From IMG/VR virus record IMGVR_UViG_2585427745_000012: a DNA stretch of 7,052 bases, one strand, 5' to 3'. A program made the translations under genes and the position numbers. Numbering within the stretch: position 1 is the stretch's first letter; every line of letters starts with the position of its first letter. Below the pieces are notes generated by a model. That model did not search any database. It saw nothing but the letters and a program-made list of their open reading frames with translations, and was not told where the DNA came from. This stretch comes from a virus (Duplodnaviria; Heunggongvirae; Uroviricota; Caudoviricetes). This document shows positions 5,971 through 7,052 of the stretch, piece by piece.

Positions 5971-7052
5971 TTACCCAAGCACGCCAGTTGCAAAGGCGTG
6001 ATCAAGAAAACGAAAAATTAAATCAACCTGAGAACCATGCTTTTCTTCGAACGCCAGAGGATCCGCATGAAGCTCGTTGTGATGCTCCCGACACAGCGGT
6101 AGCGTGAAAATATCGTGAGATTTTGTCCCCATTCCGCCCTGACCATGACCAATCAGGTGATGGGGATCGTCGGCTGGCTTACCACAACACGCACACGGCT
6201 GTGTCTTCACCCAGCGTGTGTATTTCTCGTTAACCCAGCGGCGACGTTTAGGTCGTTTCATGAAAGATTCCGGAGACTCAGGATCAACGGCAATGCTGAC
6301 CACCGTCTCTTCCTGTGGCGGGTTTTGCTGGTGGGCGTGAGGCAGCGGCGCAAGATTTTTTGTGCGCTGCTTCAGTATGCTGGTGGCGGTCTGCTCTCCC
6401 GGTACGATGTCGCTTTCACGGTACATTGAGCGGATTTTTTCCGCACGCAACCCCAGCGAACGACGTAATACCGCTTCCGGTAGCGCGTCCGCCACCTGAT
6501 TGCGGACCGCCCACCAGGATAATTCAGCCAGCGATAATTCCCGTTCCTGCGAGCCATTCATTGCATGGCGTATGACGTCAATCATCCATGCAGACAGGTT
6601 TTGGTGAGCAAGTTGCCCGAGTGATTCGGAGGTCTGGTCGCGCAGCTGGTTGTCGCAGTGCCAGCACAACACCATTGCGCCGGTACCATAACGGTGAATG
6701 ACGGTTTCACTGTGGTGATAATCGCCGTGTTGCCACTGGCAGGATTTAACATGGCGCAGTAACCAGTCAGACAATGCGCCAGCGCCACCAGCAGCACGAA
6801 TCACTCGTTCGTCGCTGAAAAATGGCAGTAATGATTTATCCTCCGCCAGCGGCTGGCGAACGGCAGGAACGACCCCGGACGGCAGATTACGCATGCTTTT
6901 CGGTTCCGGCTCCACCAGTACCCGGGTATTGTGGAATACCGGCATGGATTCACGGCCCGGCTTAACGATCACCAGCCCGAGTTCCGGTACCAGAACAGGT
7001 CGAAGTAATACCCGCACGTTACCTCCAGATGCGTTGCTGGAATGTGCGGGAC
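5971..7052 (-). CDS. Lambdoid prophage DUF968-like protein with C-terminal HNH-type Cys/His motif (YdfU-like); 5' end beyond the window
   Basis: The frame is open to the window edge with no stop upstream of the reported GTG at 7017. The C-terminal region CACCGKPADDPHHLIGHGQGG...CREHHNELH is HNH-like. It sits immediately upstream of rusA as in other lambdoid prophages. Stop TAA at 5973-5971. Family assignment is from memory. Confidence 0.6.
   Translation of the reverse strand, partial: PAHSSNASGGNVRVLLRPVLVPELGLVIVKPGRESMPVFHNTRVLVEPEPKSMRNLPSGVVPAVRQPLAEDKSLLPFFSDERVIRAAGGAGALSDWLLRHVKSCQWQHGDYHHSETVIHRYGTGAMVLCWHCDNQLRDQTSESLGQLAHQNLSAWMIDVIRHAMNGSQERELSLAELSWWAVRNQVADALPEAVLRRSLGLRAEKIRSMYRESDIVPGEQTATSILKQRTKNLAPLPHAHQQNPPQEETVVSIAVDPESPESFMKRPKRRRWVNEKYTRWVKTQPCACCGKPADDPHHLIGHGQGGMGTKSHDIFTLPLCREHHNELHADPLAFEEKHGSQVDLIFRFLDHAFATGVLG

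Noticed and set aside
5003-6797. Short ORFs overlapping Q, rusA and the DUF968 gene (5003-5383, 5512-5700, 5669-5863, 5765-5965, 6115-6429, 6315-6575, 6372-6557, 6582-6797)
   Set aside because: Shadow ORFs within confidently assigned CDSs on the opposite strand or in other frames.

Overview
This window reads as the Q-to-lysis segment of a lambdoid (Stx-phage-like) prophage of Escherichia/Shigella type, with the phage late operon on the minus strand. From right to left: a DUF968/HNH-motif protein (5' end off-window), RusA resolvase, a lambda-type Q antiterminator, a pR'-like late promoter with a tR'-like terminator, a tRNA-Ile2 / degenerate tRNA-like element / tRNA-Arg(UCU) cluster, a roughly 1.5 kb AT-rich cargo cassette, a NanS-p-like sialate O-acetylesterase, and the right end of an IS3-family (IS629-like) insertion sequence. 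No stx genes are present. The cargo cassette (about 2878-4372) sits exactly where Shiga toxin genes lie in Stx phages; it holds two small ORFs of unrecognised function (111 aa on +, 117 aa on -), hairpins and several mini-ORFs, and is the main candidate for something undescribed. All calls come from reading the sequence and from recalled family features; no database search was run.
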